A stretch of DNA of 64,000 nt from an uncultured candidate division Zixibacteria bacterium (GTDB lineage: Bacteria > Zixibacteria > MSB-5A5 > UBA10806 > 4484-95). Positions 27,808 to 38,243 of the stretch are shown piece after piece (within the stretch, counting starts at the first letter, position 1; each line of letters opens with the position of its first letter). The DNA is taken from the NCBI GenBank assembly GCA_963668625.2, contig CAXXKA010000008.1:1088001-1152000 (forward strand). The letters run 5' to 3'. Below the pieces are notes generated by a model that saw only the letters and a program-made list of their open reading frames with translations, made no database searches and was not told the origin of the DNA. The translations under genes and the position numbers were made by a program.

Positions 27808-29982
27808 GTGAAAAATTTAACTATGAGTGCAAAACTGAAAACTGAACGGACCGCTATCCTAAAACAATGTTCTAATTTGAATTGTCCGGGTCGGCAGGGG
27901 AATAATGACCCTGAGGTACATTTACTGGATGTGGTTGATTTTAAGAGCATTCAGTCAATCCAGGATTCGTTCGCTAAGGTGACTGGTGTGTCCACTATTA
28001 TCGTTGATCTTGAGGGTGAATTAATCACTCGACCAAGCAATTTTTCTGAGGTTTGTGAGATAGCCCAGGAGACAAGAGCAGGAAGGGAAAGATGCGAGCG
28101 CTCGAATAATATAAGATCGGAAAAATCATTAGCCAGCATTAAACCGATTTTTCACAAATGCCTGGCTTGCGGTTTTGTCGATGGCAGCGTACCGATATAT
28201 ATCGGCGATATGCATGTTGCTAACTGGCTGGTAGGTCAATGTAATGCTGCCGGTGTGACTCGAGAGGATATTGCCCGATATGCCGATGAGATCGGGGCGG
28301 ATAAAAAGCGGATGTTGAGAGCTTTCGATAAGATGCCGGAAGTAACAATTGAAAGATTCGAAAGTATTCTCGATTTACATTATCAAATCGCGAGTGAGTT
28401 TTCCAGGTTAAGTATGAATAACTTATTGCTAAAAAAAGAGATTGCCGCCAAAGAGCTTATAGCCTCCCAACTGGAGACCTCCGAAAGTTACCTGAATGAA
28501 TGTTTCGATTCGGTAATGGAGGCAATCATAATAATCGATTTGGATAATATCATTCAGTTTGCTAATAAGCCTGCGGCCGAACTTTTTGGTACCGATTCTC
28601 TGGATGATCTAATCGGGAAGACGGTAATGAATTTTATCGAAAACGAGTACAAAGAGATTGCCAGGAATGAATGGGAAAGACGCAAGCAGGGGAAATCCTC
28701 GAAATATGAAATAAAACTGAAAAACAACCATGGACAGATACTTAATTTGCTGGTGTCCTCAACGCCCCGTTATAATAGAAAAGGCGAATTCATCGGAGCT
28801 TTCGCCTCGGTTATCGATATTACGGAACAGAAAAGGCTGCAGGAATATCTCTCCCGGGCACAGCGTCTGGAAACAGCCGGAAGAATAGCGGCACAGGTCG
28901 CTCATGATTTCAACAACCTGCTCGGACCACTCGTTGCTTATCCTGAGATTATATGTAAGTATCTTCACGAGGATAGCCCCGCCTTACAATTACTTCAGGA
29001 TATGGATAAATCAGCTTCCCTGATGGCGGAAATCAATCAGCAACTTCTAACTTTGGGCAGGCGAGGCCATTATAATTTCGAGACAGTGGATATCAACGAG
29101 ATTATCTTGCAGTCGCTGGAGAATTTAAGCAATTGCCTGGATGGAATCGAAGTTGATCTGAACTTATCCAGTGACGTGATGGGAATAAAAGGAGGAGGTT
29201 CACAGTTAATTCGAGTTGTAACGAATTTGCTTAACAACTCAATTGATGCCCTCAATGGCGAAGGCCATCTCCTGATCAATACCGAAAATTTCTATATTGA
29301 TGATAATTGTAGCGAGAATTTCCAGATACCTAATGGGGATTATATCAAGATAACGATTTTGGATAACGGTTGCGGTATAGAAGCCGGTCTATTACCGTTG
29401 ATATACGATCCGTTTTTCACCACCAAAAAATCGGATATCAAACGAGGTTCAGGGCTCGGGTTAAGCGTGGTTCATTCGGTTGTCCAAGACCATAACGGCT
29501 ATATCAATATCGAATCTAAATCCGGCGAGGGAACCTCGGTATACCTGTATTTTCCATCGGTGCAAGTGAAGACCAGGGAGATTTCCGAGGTCGGTAATAT
29601 TATTGGCCATGAGAAATTACTTGTAGTAGATGATGACGCGGTACAACGGTCGGTTGCCGAAAACCTCTTGGCTGATCTTGGTTATCAGGTTAGTCTTTGC
29701 AGATCGGGAGAGGAGGCAGTATATCATATTCGGAATAATGATTACGATATCGTGATTTTGGATATGATTATGCCCAACGGTATGGATGGCGCTCGGACGT
29801 TCGAAGAGATTCTCAAAATAAAGCCGAACCAGAAAGCTCTTATAGTTTCCGGTTATGCCCAATCCGATAGGGTGGAGAAAGCCCGTAAACTGGGTATCGG
29901 CGGATTCGTCGGAAAACCGTTGAAGGCTTGTGATATTGGCAAGGCAATCAGAAACCTGATCGATAACGACAAAAAACAGTAG
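27808..29982 (+). CDS. hybrid histidine kinase (PocR sensor, PAS, HisKA/HATPase, REC)
   Basis: IQDSFAKVTG..ITRPSNFSEVC..C.ACGFVDGSVPI PocR; PAS; VAHDFNNLL; DPFFTTK, GSGLGLS; VILDMIMP. Confidence 0.9.
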   Translation: MKNLTMSAKLKTERTAILKQCSNLNCPGRQGNNDPEVHLLDVVDFKSIQSIQDSFAKVTGVSTIIVDLEGELITRPSNFSEVCEIAQETRAGRERCERSNNIRSEKSLASIKPIFHKCLACGFVDGSVPIYIGDMHVANWLVGQCNAAGVTREDIARYADEIGADKKRMLRAFDKMPEVTIERFESILDLHYQIASEFSRLSMNNLLLKKEIAAKELIASQLETSESYLNECFDSVMEAIIIIDLDNIIQFANKPAAELFGTDSLDDLIGKTVMNFIENEYKEIARNEWERRKQGKSSKYEIKLKNNHGQILNLLVSSTPRYNRKGEFIGAFASVIDITEQKRLQEYLSRAQRLETAGRIAAQVAHDFNNLLGPLVAYPEIICKYLHEDSPALQLLQDMDKSASLMAEINQQLLTLGRRGHYNFETVDINEIILQSLENLSNCLDGIEVDLNLSSDVMGIKGGGSQLIRVVTNLLNNSIDALNGEGHLLINTENFYIDDNCSENFQIPNGDYIKITILDNGCGIEAGLLPLIYDPFFTTKKSDIKRGSGLGLSVVHSVVQDHNGYINIESKSGEGTSVYLYFPSVQVKTREISEVGNIIGHEKLLVVDDDAVQRSVAENLLADLGYQVSLCRSGEEAVYHIRNNDYDIVILDMIMPNGMDGARTFEEILKIKPNQKALIVSGYAQSDRVEKARKLGIGGFVGKPLKACDIGKAIRNLIDNDKKQ

Positions 29983-30176
29983 AAGGCCGGTTATAAACCC
30001 GGCTTAGAACCGGTCACCATACACTACTATACGGTGTTTATCGTTTTACTTCTCCCGGAAGATATTTGCAAAAACTATTCTTCAATACGATTGGATAGTA
30101 AACGTGTTATGAGGTTGTTTTGATTCCATCCTTGCACGTCTATTCCCCGGATCGGACATTAATGCTTATTATATTA

Positions 30177-30968
30177 TTAATCTTTTAACCACTTCTCCAA
30201 TATTTCAGTGGACTCTTTTTTCACCCGGGCCGTTTCGGCTATGCCTAAGCTATTATTATCGGAGACGACCACCTCTTGAACCAGGCTGATGGCTTTATCT
30301 TTCTGATCACGTTCGTATAGCACCTCGGCAAGGTATTGTTTGCCATACAAATTGTCCGGCGCCAGCGCTATTGCCCGCTCGAGGTATCTCTGCGATTTCT
30401 CCTTTGAGGGCCAGCCCAGTATGAACGGTATCTTCGGTGATTTGAAATGAACCCGCCCCAGTATCCGATACCCACCGGCATCACCGAACAGGCTATCGAG
30501 CTGTATGGCTTTCTGGCAATAATCGCGTATTTTCCCGGCTGCACCTTCACGGGCGGCTTTAAGCTTTCCGTATTCCTCCGCCCAGACGCCGTATAGTATG
30601 GCAGTCCAGAGATTAATCCCGGCTGATTCGGGGAAATGCTCCAGGCTTTCCACGCCGAGCTTCTTGCCATCATCGTATATTCGCTTTTTCAGCTCTTTGT
30701 CATCCGTAGTGAAATTACCTTTAAAATAGTAAGCACGCAAAAGTTTCCAGGTAGCCTCGACTTTCGTATCGTACGAGGATGATTCCATGGCCTGACGGTA
30801 GAGATCGATGGCCAGGTCAATCTCGGCGGAATCGGCGATCTGGGTTTCGGTATCGAACGAGTCGCCGCGATGCTCGTATAAGCTGTCGGCGGTGGCGATT
30901 AGCTCATCAGCGGAGCCCACATTCCAGAGGCACAGCAAGCCGGCTATGATTAGAAAGGCTTTTTTCAT
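30177..30968 (-). CDS. exported TPR-like protein
   Basis: Signal peptide; helical repeats; GGYRILGRVHFKSPKIPF.LGW..KEKS..YLERAI. Confidence 0.7.
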   Translation of the reverse strand: MKKAFLIIAGLLCLWNVGSADELIATADSLYEHRGDSFDTETQIADSAEIDLAIDLYRQAMESSSYDTKVEATWKLLRAYYFKGNFTTDDKELKKRIYDDGKKLGVESLEHFPESAGINLWTAILYGVWAEEYGKLKAAREGAAGKIRDYCQKAIQLDSLFGDAGGYRILGRVHFKSPKIPFILGWPSKEKSQRYLERAIALAPDNLYGKQYLAEVLYERDQKDKAISLVQEVVVSDNNSLGIAETARVKKESTEILEKWLKD

Positions 30969-31198
30969 TTTAAATCCTTTTATTAAAAGTAAGATTCTTA
31001 TTCAGTTTTGCTTTATGTGGCAAATAATAATATCAATTCTAATATATTTCCATAATAATATGGTTAAGAACTACCGGACAAATATTTTTATCGGTTTACG
31101 ATAAGATCACCCGCGAAAAGAAACTATAGTGGCTAAATCATCGTAAATAGACTATACTGGTTTCGTGGTATGGAAGTTAAGAACGTGATCGGAGAAAT

Positions 31199-32380
31199 AT
31201 GGCATTCGAGAAACAACCCTTTTTGTTCTCGGCATTAGTCGGGCAAGAGAAACTGAAAACCGCCTACCTGGCCAATATCGTAAATCCGAAAATCGGTGGG
31301 CTTCTAATTAGCGGTCCCAAAGGTACGGGCAAAAGTACTATCGTTCATTCGATAATTACCGTATTGCCCGAGTATGAGGCGATTGCCGACTGCCGTTTCA
31401 ACTGCGATCCCGATCACCCGGAAAAACACTGTACTCTCTGCCGTGAAAAAGAAAACCATGAGACCAAAAGGAATAAGATGCGCGTGGTGAACCTCCCCCT
31501 TAGCTGTACCGAGGACAGGTTGATCGGCAGTATCGATATCGAGAAACTTCTGAAAACCGGCGAGAAAAAAATCGAGGTCGGAATATTAGGCGAGGCCAAC
31601 CGCAATATACTTTATATCGATGAGGTCAATCTTCTGCCGGATCACCTGGTGGATGATATCCTGGATGCCGCCGCCTCTCCCTGGAACACGATAGAACGAG
31701 AAGGTCTTTCGATAACGCATCCGGCAGATTTTATACTGGTGGGCACGATGAATCCGGAGGAAGGCGAGCTTCGACCGCAAATCCTCGACCGGTTCCCGAT
31801 CAATGTAAAGGTGGAATCGATAACCGATCCCCGCCTGCGAGTGGAGATCGTAAAACGTAATCTTCTGCATGAAAACAATCCCGATAAATTCAATGAGCTG
31901 TTCGAGGCGGACCAGAAGTCTATCGGTAGTATTATCGTTAAGGCAAAGAGATATCTACCCCGAGTACAAATCGCCGAGTCGTATATTTACGCCATAGCCG
32001 AGGCTTGTGGCGAGCTTAAAGTCGATGGTCAACGGCCTGATATCGTAATCGTGAAAACCTCGCAAACTATTGCCGCTCTGGATGGCAGGGATGATGTAAA
32101 ACCCGGCGACGTACTTCTCTCGGCGGAGTTCGCTTTATCTCATCGCACCCGGGATGGTGGATTGCTGGGGCCACCGACGGCCGAGGAGATCAGGGATGCT
32201 TTCGTGAAATACCTGAAAAAAGCCGAAAGCTCCGGGTCGGGCTCATCCGGTACCAAAAAAATCTCAGGAGACAATGCCGAGATCGATAAAGATGTCGATA
32301 GTTTTTTGGAACGCGGCAGGGACGGGCTCGAGGATATGGAGCCGGATGATATCGAGGTAAAAAAAAAGCGGATGAAATAG
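31199..32380 (+). CDS. Mg/Co-chelatase ChlI-like AAA+ ATPase (0-frame product)
   Basis: FSALVGQE, GPKGTGKS, TEDRLIGSIDIE, ILYIDEVNLL, GTMNPEEGELRPQILDRF. Confidence 0.9.
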   Translation: MAFEKQPFLFSALVGQEKLKTAYLANIVNPKIGGLLISGPKGTGKSTIVHSIITVLPEYEAIADCRFNCDPDHPEKHCTLCREKENHETKRNKMRVVNLPLSCTEDRLIGSIDIEKLLKTGEKKIEVGILGEANRNILYIDEVNLLPDHLVDDILDAAASPWNTIEREGLSITHPADFILVGTMNPEEGELRPQILDRFPINVKVESITDPRLRVEIVKRNLLHENNPDKFNELFEADQKSIGSIIVKAKRYLPRVQIAESYIYAIAEACGELKVDGQRPDIVIVKTSQTIAALDGRDDVKPGDVLLSAEFALSHRTRDGGLLGPPTAEEIRDAFVKYLKKAESSGSGSSGTKKISGDNAEIDKDVDSFLERGRDGLEDMEPDDIEVKKKRMK

Positions 32381-33444
32381 ATCGGCCGCGTAACAAACGT
32401 ATCGACGAACTGGTCGAGAAATACTCCGAGGCCGCTCCTCGCGATGCCACTTTCACTCCCGGTGCAACTAAAGTCAAAGTACCTATTCCGGATATTCCGC
32501 AAGACCAGCTATTCGATTCATTCGATAGTTTATACAGGTCGACCAGGAATTCGTTTTTCGGTTTCCTGCGCTCTTTCAGACGGCAGAAAGTGAGATCGGC
32601 GCGCGGTAACAAACGTCGCGAGGCTGTTTCCTCCATGACGACCGGCAGGGATACGAGGGTGATCGGTTATATCAGGAACCAGACGAGGCTGGCAATCAAA
32701 AACACGATCCTTCATGCCGCGATTAACAACCGCTACGACCTCAAAAACAGGCGGTTCGATATCCAGAGCGAGAACATGAGAGGCTGGACACGTCGAGAGT
32801 ACGAGAGCCTCACGTTAATATTGCTGGTGGATGTCAGTAAATCTACCTGGGCTTTCATCGAGGTATTCAAAGAAATTTTATCCTCCCTGACGGATTATTT
32901 TCACAAGCACAATGACCGGGTAGGTTTGATATCTCTTCAGGGATTGCAGGCTAAAATCTACAGCCACCCCACTCATAACTTTAGAGTGGTGGCCAGGGGA
33001 TTGAGCAAACTGAAATTTCACGGCGAGACACCTATCGCGGACGGCTTGTATACCTCGCTAAATATGGCCAGGATGGAAAAAGCGAAAAACCCCGGCGCGA
33101 GATCTATCGTTATATTGTTGAGCGATTGTTTTCCGGAGCCGCTTACGCTGGGTGTTCGGGATGTTTTCGAGGATCCGGCATATCGAAATTCTATCACCGC
33201 CGCGGCTCAATACAAAAAACAAAAAATAATGCTGCTGGTGATTAATCCCTCTTTTACCGGGGAAGAGGCCGAATTGCCGGGAGAAATATTGTCGGAGAGT
33301 ATCGCTAAAGCCGGCGGGGGAGGGTTAATAAAACTTCATAGGGATAAAGACAGCCGCTACGCGAATTTATCAACGCGTGAAATAGAAATTATCATCAAGG
33401 GTATCGAGGATTCGCTCTCCCGCAAAGAGGGTTATCTGAAATAA
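32350..33444 (+). CDS. ChlD-like linker plus vWA domain, open in the -1 frame from the A9G run
   Basis: -1 frame is stop-free from 32350 to 33444; LLVDVSKS (MIDAS), GETPIADGL, ILLSD; no convincing RBS at GTG 32590. Confidence 0.85.
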   Translation, partial: YRGKKKADEIDRPRNKRIDELVEKYSEAAPRDATFTPGATKVKVPIPDIPQDQLFDSFDSLYRSTRNSFFGFLRSFRRQKVRSARGNKRREAVSSMTTGRDTRVIGYIRNQTRLAIKNTILHAAINNRYDLKNRRFDIQSENMRGWTRREYESLTLILLVDVSKSTWAFIEVFKEILSSLTDYFHKHNDRVGLISLQGLQAKIYSHPTHNFRVVARGLSKLKFHGETPIADGLYTSLNMARMEKAKNPGARSIVILLSDCFPEPLTLGVRDVFEDPAYRNSITAAAQYKKQKIMLLVINPSFTGEEAELPGEILSESIAKAGGGGLIKLHRDKDSRYANLSTREIEIIIKGIEDSLSRKEGYLK

Positions 33445-33558
33445 GAAATCATCAGCGTACACCTCCCGTTAGAACTTATTCACAGTGATGTCATACAATA
33501 ATAATAAGATATTCTAATAGCTATTACAGGTATATTTTCGTATAAACATCTAATAAGA

Positions 33559-35694
33559 ATGAGTGAGGATATTATGATTGATGAACAAATCAGGAATTTG
33601 ACGCAAAGAGTATATAAGCTCGAATTGGTGGTCGGTAAGTTACAGCAAACTATCGAAAAACTGAGCGGGCAAAAAATAGATGTTGAAGAAAGCGTAAAAG
33701 CCGTAGAAACCGAAATAGTATCGACACCCGAAAAAGATACTGAAACGGTCAAACGAATATCATCCCCCGGCAAATCAATACGACCACGCAAATCAGTTGA
33801 TCTTCCCGATTACATGAAACGAAGCGAGTACTGGTTGAATAAAGTCGGTATCGGTTTACTGCTGTTTGCCGTAGTGTTTCTATTCAAATACTCCGTCGAT
33901 CAGGGTTGGCTGACTCCGCCGGTGCGAGTCATTTTCGGATTGGCGCTCGGCGCGTTGTTTCTGGCGCTTGGTTTCAGACTCATCAAAAAACGTCGCCATT
34001 TCGCGCAGGTTATGTTCGGGGGAGCTATCGCTACATTTTACATATGCGGTTTCGCGGCTTTCAGGATGTTTTCGCTGGTATCGTACCCGGTCGCCCTGAC
34101 ATTCATGGTATTGGTTACGGTAACAGCCTATCTGCTGGCAATCAGGCAGAATACCTCAGTGCTTTCGCTGTTGGGAGCGATTGGCGGTCTGGGAACGCCA
34201 TTTATGCTTCATGGAGGAGTTGGCGGAATACCGATTCTGGTGATTTTCACTATCTTGATATTGCTGGGTACCGTAGCTGTTTTTCTGTATAAAGGTTGGT
34301 ATTCCCTGCTGTGGCTATCGGCGATCGGTAGTTGGATCGTGTTTTCGATTAACCTGGTAGATATGCTATATGATAAAGATATAATCGTGTCCGCCGACCA
34401 ATGGGCGTTACAGATCGCTTACTCGAGCGGCGTCCTGCTATTCTGGCTCGCGCCGCTATTCCGAGAGATTTACCGCAGCGGCAAACATGCCGAATCATCC
34501 CTCGGCTCAAGCTCGATCAATCGAAATATATATATTCTCAATGTGATCGTACCTGCTTTCACGCTTGGAATTTCAATGGCGATCTGGCCCGAAATAACGC
34601 TTAAATCCTGGGGCTGGATTACCCTGGGAGGTGGAGTCGTGCTCGGCTTAACCGCATGGGGGCTGGATCTGCTGGAACGATTCGAAGACCTCGCGTTCAC
34701 TAATGCGATTTTGGGATTAGCATTTCTGACCGGCGCCGTTTGTTTTATACTTGACGGTGATTCGCTGTTTTTCGCGCTGGCCACCGAGGCGACGGTAATT
34801 CATCTGATTGCCATTCGTATTAAAAGCAAGGGCTATGCTATTTGTGCGCATGTATTGAGCCTGTTTATGGCTTTGGTATTCTCGTATCGGGTATTCCCCG
34901 CTATAGAATTGATATTCCCATCCTCTATTTCGCACGATCCTGTTATAAACGCCAGGGCGTTAACCGATCTCTGGTTGATCGGGATGTGGGTTATTTTGTC
35001 GGGGTGTTTTCAAGCAACAAAAGTGAAGCGTGTATATTTCATTGCCGCTGCGGTGGCCCTGGTCGGCTGGTTCAATCGGGAGCTTAGTGGTAACGTCTTG
35101 TTATTGTTACTGGCTGTAGAAGCTGTTTTGATACATGTTGTTGCCAGATGGAAAAACGATCCACCCATAAGGTTGTTTGCGAATGTATTCTATGCCATTA
35201 TTGGCATGGTAATGGTGATACGACTGCTGGGAGTTAAATCCCCCGGGCCGGCAATGGTTAATTTTGATGCAATAGCCAACATGATAGTGATAATCTCCCC
35301 GGCCGTAGTATATAAGTACTTTAAAATTGATAAATCCTATGTGCTCTATCTGTATTTCTCTCATGCTGCGTTTCTGACATGGTTCTATCATGAGCTGTAT
35401 GTTTACCCTAACGGGCAGGGAATCATTACTGTCGCCTGGGGAATTTATAGCGCGATATTACTGGTGATCGGCCTTCGGCTAAACTATCATCGCCTGAGAG
35501 TCGTCTCGCTGATTACTTTATTCATTGTCGTCGGCAAGCTGTTCCTTATAGATTTGGCCGCGCTGGAGGTATTATGGCGTATACTTTTATTCATGGGATT
35601 CGGCGGATTGTTTTTATTCCTCAGCTATTATTTCCGCAACCTGTGGAGATATGAAATTCCTGAAGGCGATGACGAAAATATCACCGAGCAATAA
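33559..35694 (+). CDS. DUF2339-like polytopic membrane protein
   Basis: E.WLNKVGI.LLLFAV.FLFKYS...GWLTP.VR; many TMs; KLFLIDLA.L..LWRILLF.G.G. Confidence 0.85.
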   Translation: MSEDIMIDEQIRNLTQRVYKLELVVGKLQQTIEKLSGQKIDVEESVKAVETEIVSTPEKDTETVKRISSPGKSIRPRKSVDLPDYMKRSEYWLNKVGIGLLLFAVVFLFKYSVDQGWLTPPVRVIFGLALGALFLALGFRLIKKRRHFAQVMFGGAIATFYICGFAAFRMFSLVSYPVALTFMVLVTVTAYLLAIRQNTSVLSLLGAIGGLGTPFMLHGGVGGIPILVIFTILILLGTVAVFLYKGWYSLLWLSAIGSWIVFSINLVDMLYDKDIIVSADQWALQIAYSSGVLLFWLAPLFREIYRSGKHAESSLGSSSINRNIYILNVIVPAFTLGISMAIWPEITLKSWGWITLGGGVVLGLTAWGLDLLERFEDLAFTNAILGLAFLTGAVCFILDGDSLFFALATEATVIHLIAIRIKSKGYAICAHVLSLFMALVFSYRVFPAIELIFPSSISHDPVINARALTDLWLIGMWVILSGCFQATKVKRVYFIAAAVALVGWFNRELSGNVLLLLLAVEAVLIHVVARWKNDPPIRLFANVFYAIIGMVMVIRLLGVKSPGPAMVNFDAIANMIVIISPAVVYKYFKIDKSYVLYLYFSHAAFLTWFYHELYVYPNGQGIITVAWGIYSAILLVIGLRLNYHRLRVVSLITLFIVVGKLFLIDLAALEVLWRILLFMGFGGLFLFLSYYFRNLWRYEIPEGDDENITEQ

Positions 35695-35907
35695 CGGGTA
35701 GCAAGTAGTTTTTCACAGGGATTTCATACCCCGACTCTTTTGATTATGCTTTCATATCGGGAACGGTTATGTTAATTTGGGTGTTATCAATACTCGAATA
35801 CGTGATGTTTTTGCGACTGTACCGGGTATGACCTGATTGGTTCGTATCTTTCAGAACCTCGCAATTACAACCGGGATAAACATAAAATCAGATAAAAGGA
35901 ATAAAAA

Positions 35908-36681
35908 ATGAGCACCATTAAAATACTCTCCTGGAACGTGAACGGTATACGAGCAGTGCATAAGAAAAAAGCATTCGATTGGTTTTACGAGCGTAAACCG
36001 GAGATACTTTGCATGCAGGAAACAAAGGCGATGGAGGAACAGCTTCCCAAAGACCTGACCACGGTCGAGGGTTACGAGCATTACTTCATCTCGGCCGAGC
36101 GTAAGGGATATTCGGGTGTCGGGATGTACAGCTCCATCGAGCCTGTTGATGTCAAAGGTGGTTTCGGCGTCGCCAGATTCGATTCGGAGGGACGCTCGAT
36201 GATTGCCGATTTCGGAAAGTTCGTGCTTTTCAATATATATTTTCCTAACGGCAAGATGAATAAAGAGCGATTGAAATATAAGATGGATTTTTACGATACT
36301 TTCCTCGATTACGCCAATAAGCTTAAAGATGACGGCAAGAATATCGTTATTTGCGGGGATGTCAACACTGCGCACAAAGAGATAGATCTGGCCAGACCGA
36401 AAGAGAACGAGAAGACCTCGGGATTTTTGCCCGAGGAGCGCGCCTGGATTGACAAACTACTGGATAACGGCTATCTCGATACTTTCAGGATGTTTCACGA
36501 TGAGCCCGATCAATATACCTGGTGGGACATGAAAACCAGGGCACGCGACCGGAACGTGGGCTGGAGAATTGATTATTTCTTTGTCAGCGAGAGCTTGAAA
36601 AGCAAGGTGAAATCAGCCTCTATCCATTCTGATATCATGGGCTCGGACCACTGCCCGATCGAGATAGAACTGAAGCTTTAA
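35908..36681 (+). CDS. xth: exodeoxyribonuclease III
   Basis: [41 protein letters not shown]. Confidence 0.96.
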   Translation: MSTIKILSWNVNGIRAVHKKKAFDWFYERKPEILCMQETKAMEEQLPKDLTTVEGYEHYFISAERKGYSGVGMYSSIEPVDVKGGFGVARFDSEGRSMIADFGKFVLFNIYFPNGKMNKERLKYKMDFYDTFLDYANKLKDDGKNIVICGDVNTAHKEIDLARPKENEKTSGFLPEERAWIDKLLDNGYLDTFRMFHDEPDQYTWWDMKTRARDRNVGWRIDYFFVSESLKSKVKSASIHSDIMGSDHCPIEIELKL

Positions 36682-36878
36682 CGATCTTTAGGGCTAATAT
36701 CAGTTAGCCGGTGGAACTTAATTAAATCAGACCTATCGATATTATAATAGCCAAAGGTATATTTTTTTATTATTGGCATATACCTCTTTAATTTATATAT
36801 TGAGCACGCGAGTAATCCTATATAATTATTCGTATAAAATTTTATGACTTGATATTCTAAATTATTTCGGGAGGTAGG

Positions 36879-38243
36879 ATGTTTGATAAACTCCGGACGA
36901 TTTTAAATAAAATCGATGCCGACTACGCCGACATCCGCTATGAAACCAAAAAGCAATCGAATATATCATATTCCGGTAAAGAGTTGACCCAGATAGGGGC
37001 GAGCACTACCGATGGTTTCGTGGTCAGGGTGCTGAAAAACGGCGGCTTTTCCTCAGTCGTGTTTACTAAAGATGATGATGCTGATAAGGCCGTAGGATCA
37101 GCGGTGGAAAACGCCGTGTTAACCGGGAAAACGATCGCAAAACCAGTCAGGCTTGCCAATGCGGAACCGGTCAAGGACGAATATTCGCCGAAACTCGTGG
37201 AGGATCCTCGCGATATCAGCATAGAGGAGAAACTCGAGTTGGTGAGCAAGTACAACGATATAGCCTTGGATCACGAGGGGATCGCCAGTACACAGATTAA
37301 TTACCGCGAGATAATCAGGGACAAGTATTTCCTTTCCAGCCAGGGATCGGAAATCCACGAGGACCTGGTTACCTGCGCGTTTTCCGGCGAGCTGATTGCC
37401 AGGGATGGTAACCTGATGCAGAACATCCGGGTTGGCGGTGGCGGCTCCAACGGTTTTAACAGGATTCGAAATCTCGAGGATATAATGGAGCAGCGTTCGA
37501 AAACAGTACTCGATCTGTTGAAAGCCAAACCGGTAAAAGGTGGCGAATATACTTGCGTACTGAATCCGAACATGACAGGCGTTTTCGCGCATGAGGCATT
37601 CGGCCATTTTTCCGAGGCTGATATAATCGAGTCGCTGCCGGCGATGAGAGAGAAAATGAAACTGGGTGAGCAACTCGGCAGCGACAAAGTCAGTATCGTG
37701 GATGATCCGACATTTCCAACTCAACTGGGCTATTACAAATATGATGACGAGGGCGTTCCGGCCAGGCGTACCGATCTGATGAAAGAAGGCGTACTCGTGG
37801 GAAGGTTACATTCGCGGAGAACCGCAGCCGAGTTCGATGAACCGATTTCCGGACACTGCGTGGCCGAGGATTTCAGATTCGCTCCGATTGTCAGAATGGG
37901 CACGACATTCGTCGAGCCGGGGCCTAACTCGCTGGATGATTTAATCAGAATGATGGGAGATGGTTTATATATACTCGATGCCAAAGGCGGGCAAACGGCC
38001 GGTGAGAATTTCACTTTCGGCGCCCAGTACGGCTACGAGGTCAAAAACGGTAAGATAGGGCAAATGGTTCGCGATATTAATATCAGCGGTAACCTGTACA
38101 ATACCCTTAAAAATATACAGGCGGTGGGCAACGATCTCACCCTGAACAAGGTTGGTAGCTGCGGTAAAGGTCAGCTTAATATTCGCTCATGTCACGGCGG
38201 GCCGCATACCCTGTTTTCAAGCCTGATTGTAGGAGGTGCCTGA
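36879..38243 (+). CDS. tldD: TldD-family metalloprotease
   Basis: FAHEAFGH zinc motif, YDDEGVP, C-terminal CGK. Confidence 0.9.
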   Translation: MFDKLRTILNKIDADYADIRYETKKQSNISYSGKELTQIGASTTDGFVVRVLKNGGFSSVVFTKDDDADKAVGSAVENAVLTGKTIAKPVRLANAEPVKDEYSPKLVEDPRDISIEEKLELVSKYNDIALDHEGIASTQINYREIIRDKYFLSSQGSEIHEDLVTCAFSGELIARDGNLMQNIRVGGGGSNGFNRIRNLEDIMEQRSKTVLDLLKAKPVKGGEYTCVLNPNMTGVFAHEAFGHFSEADIIESLPAMREKMKLGEQLGSDKVSIVDDPTFPTQLGYYKYDDEGVPARRTDLMKEGVLVGRLHSRRTAAEFDEPISGHCVAEDFRFAPIVRMGTTFVEPGPNSLDDLIRMMGDGLYILDAKGGQTAGENFTFGAQYGYEVKNGKIGQMVRDINISGNLYNTLKNIQAVGNDLTLNKVGSCGKGQLNIRSCHGGPHTLFSSLIVGGA

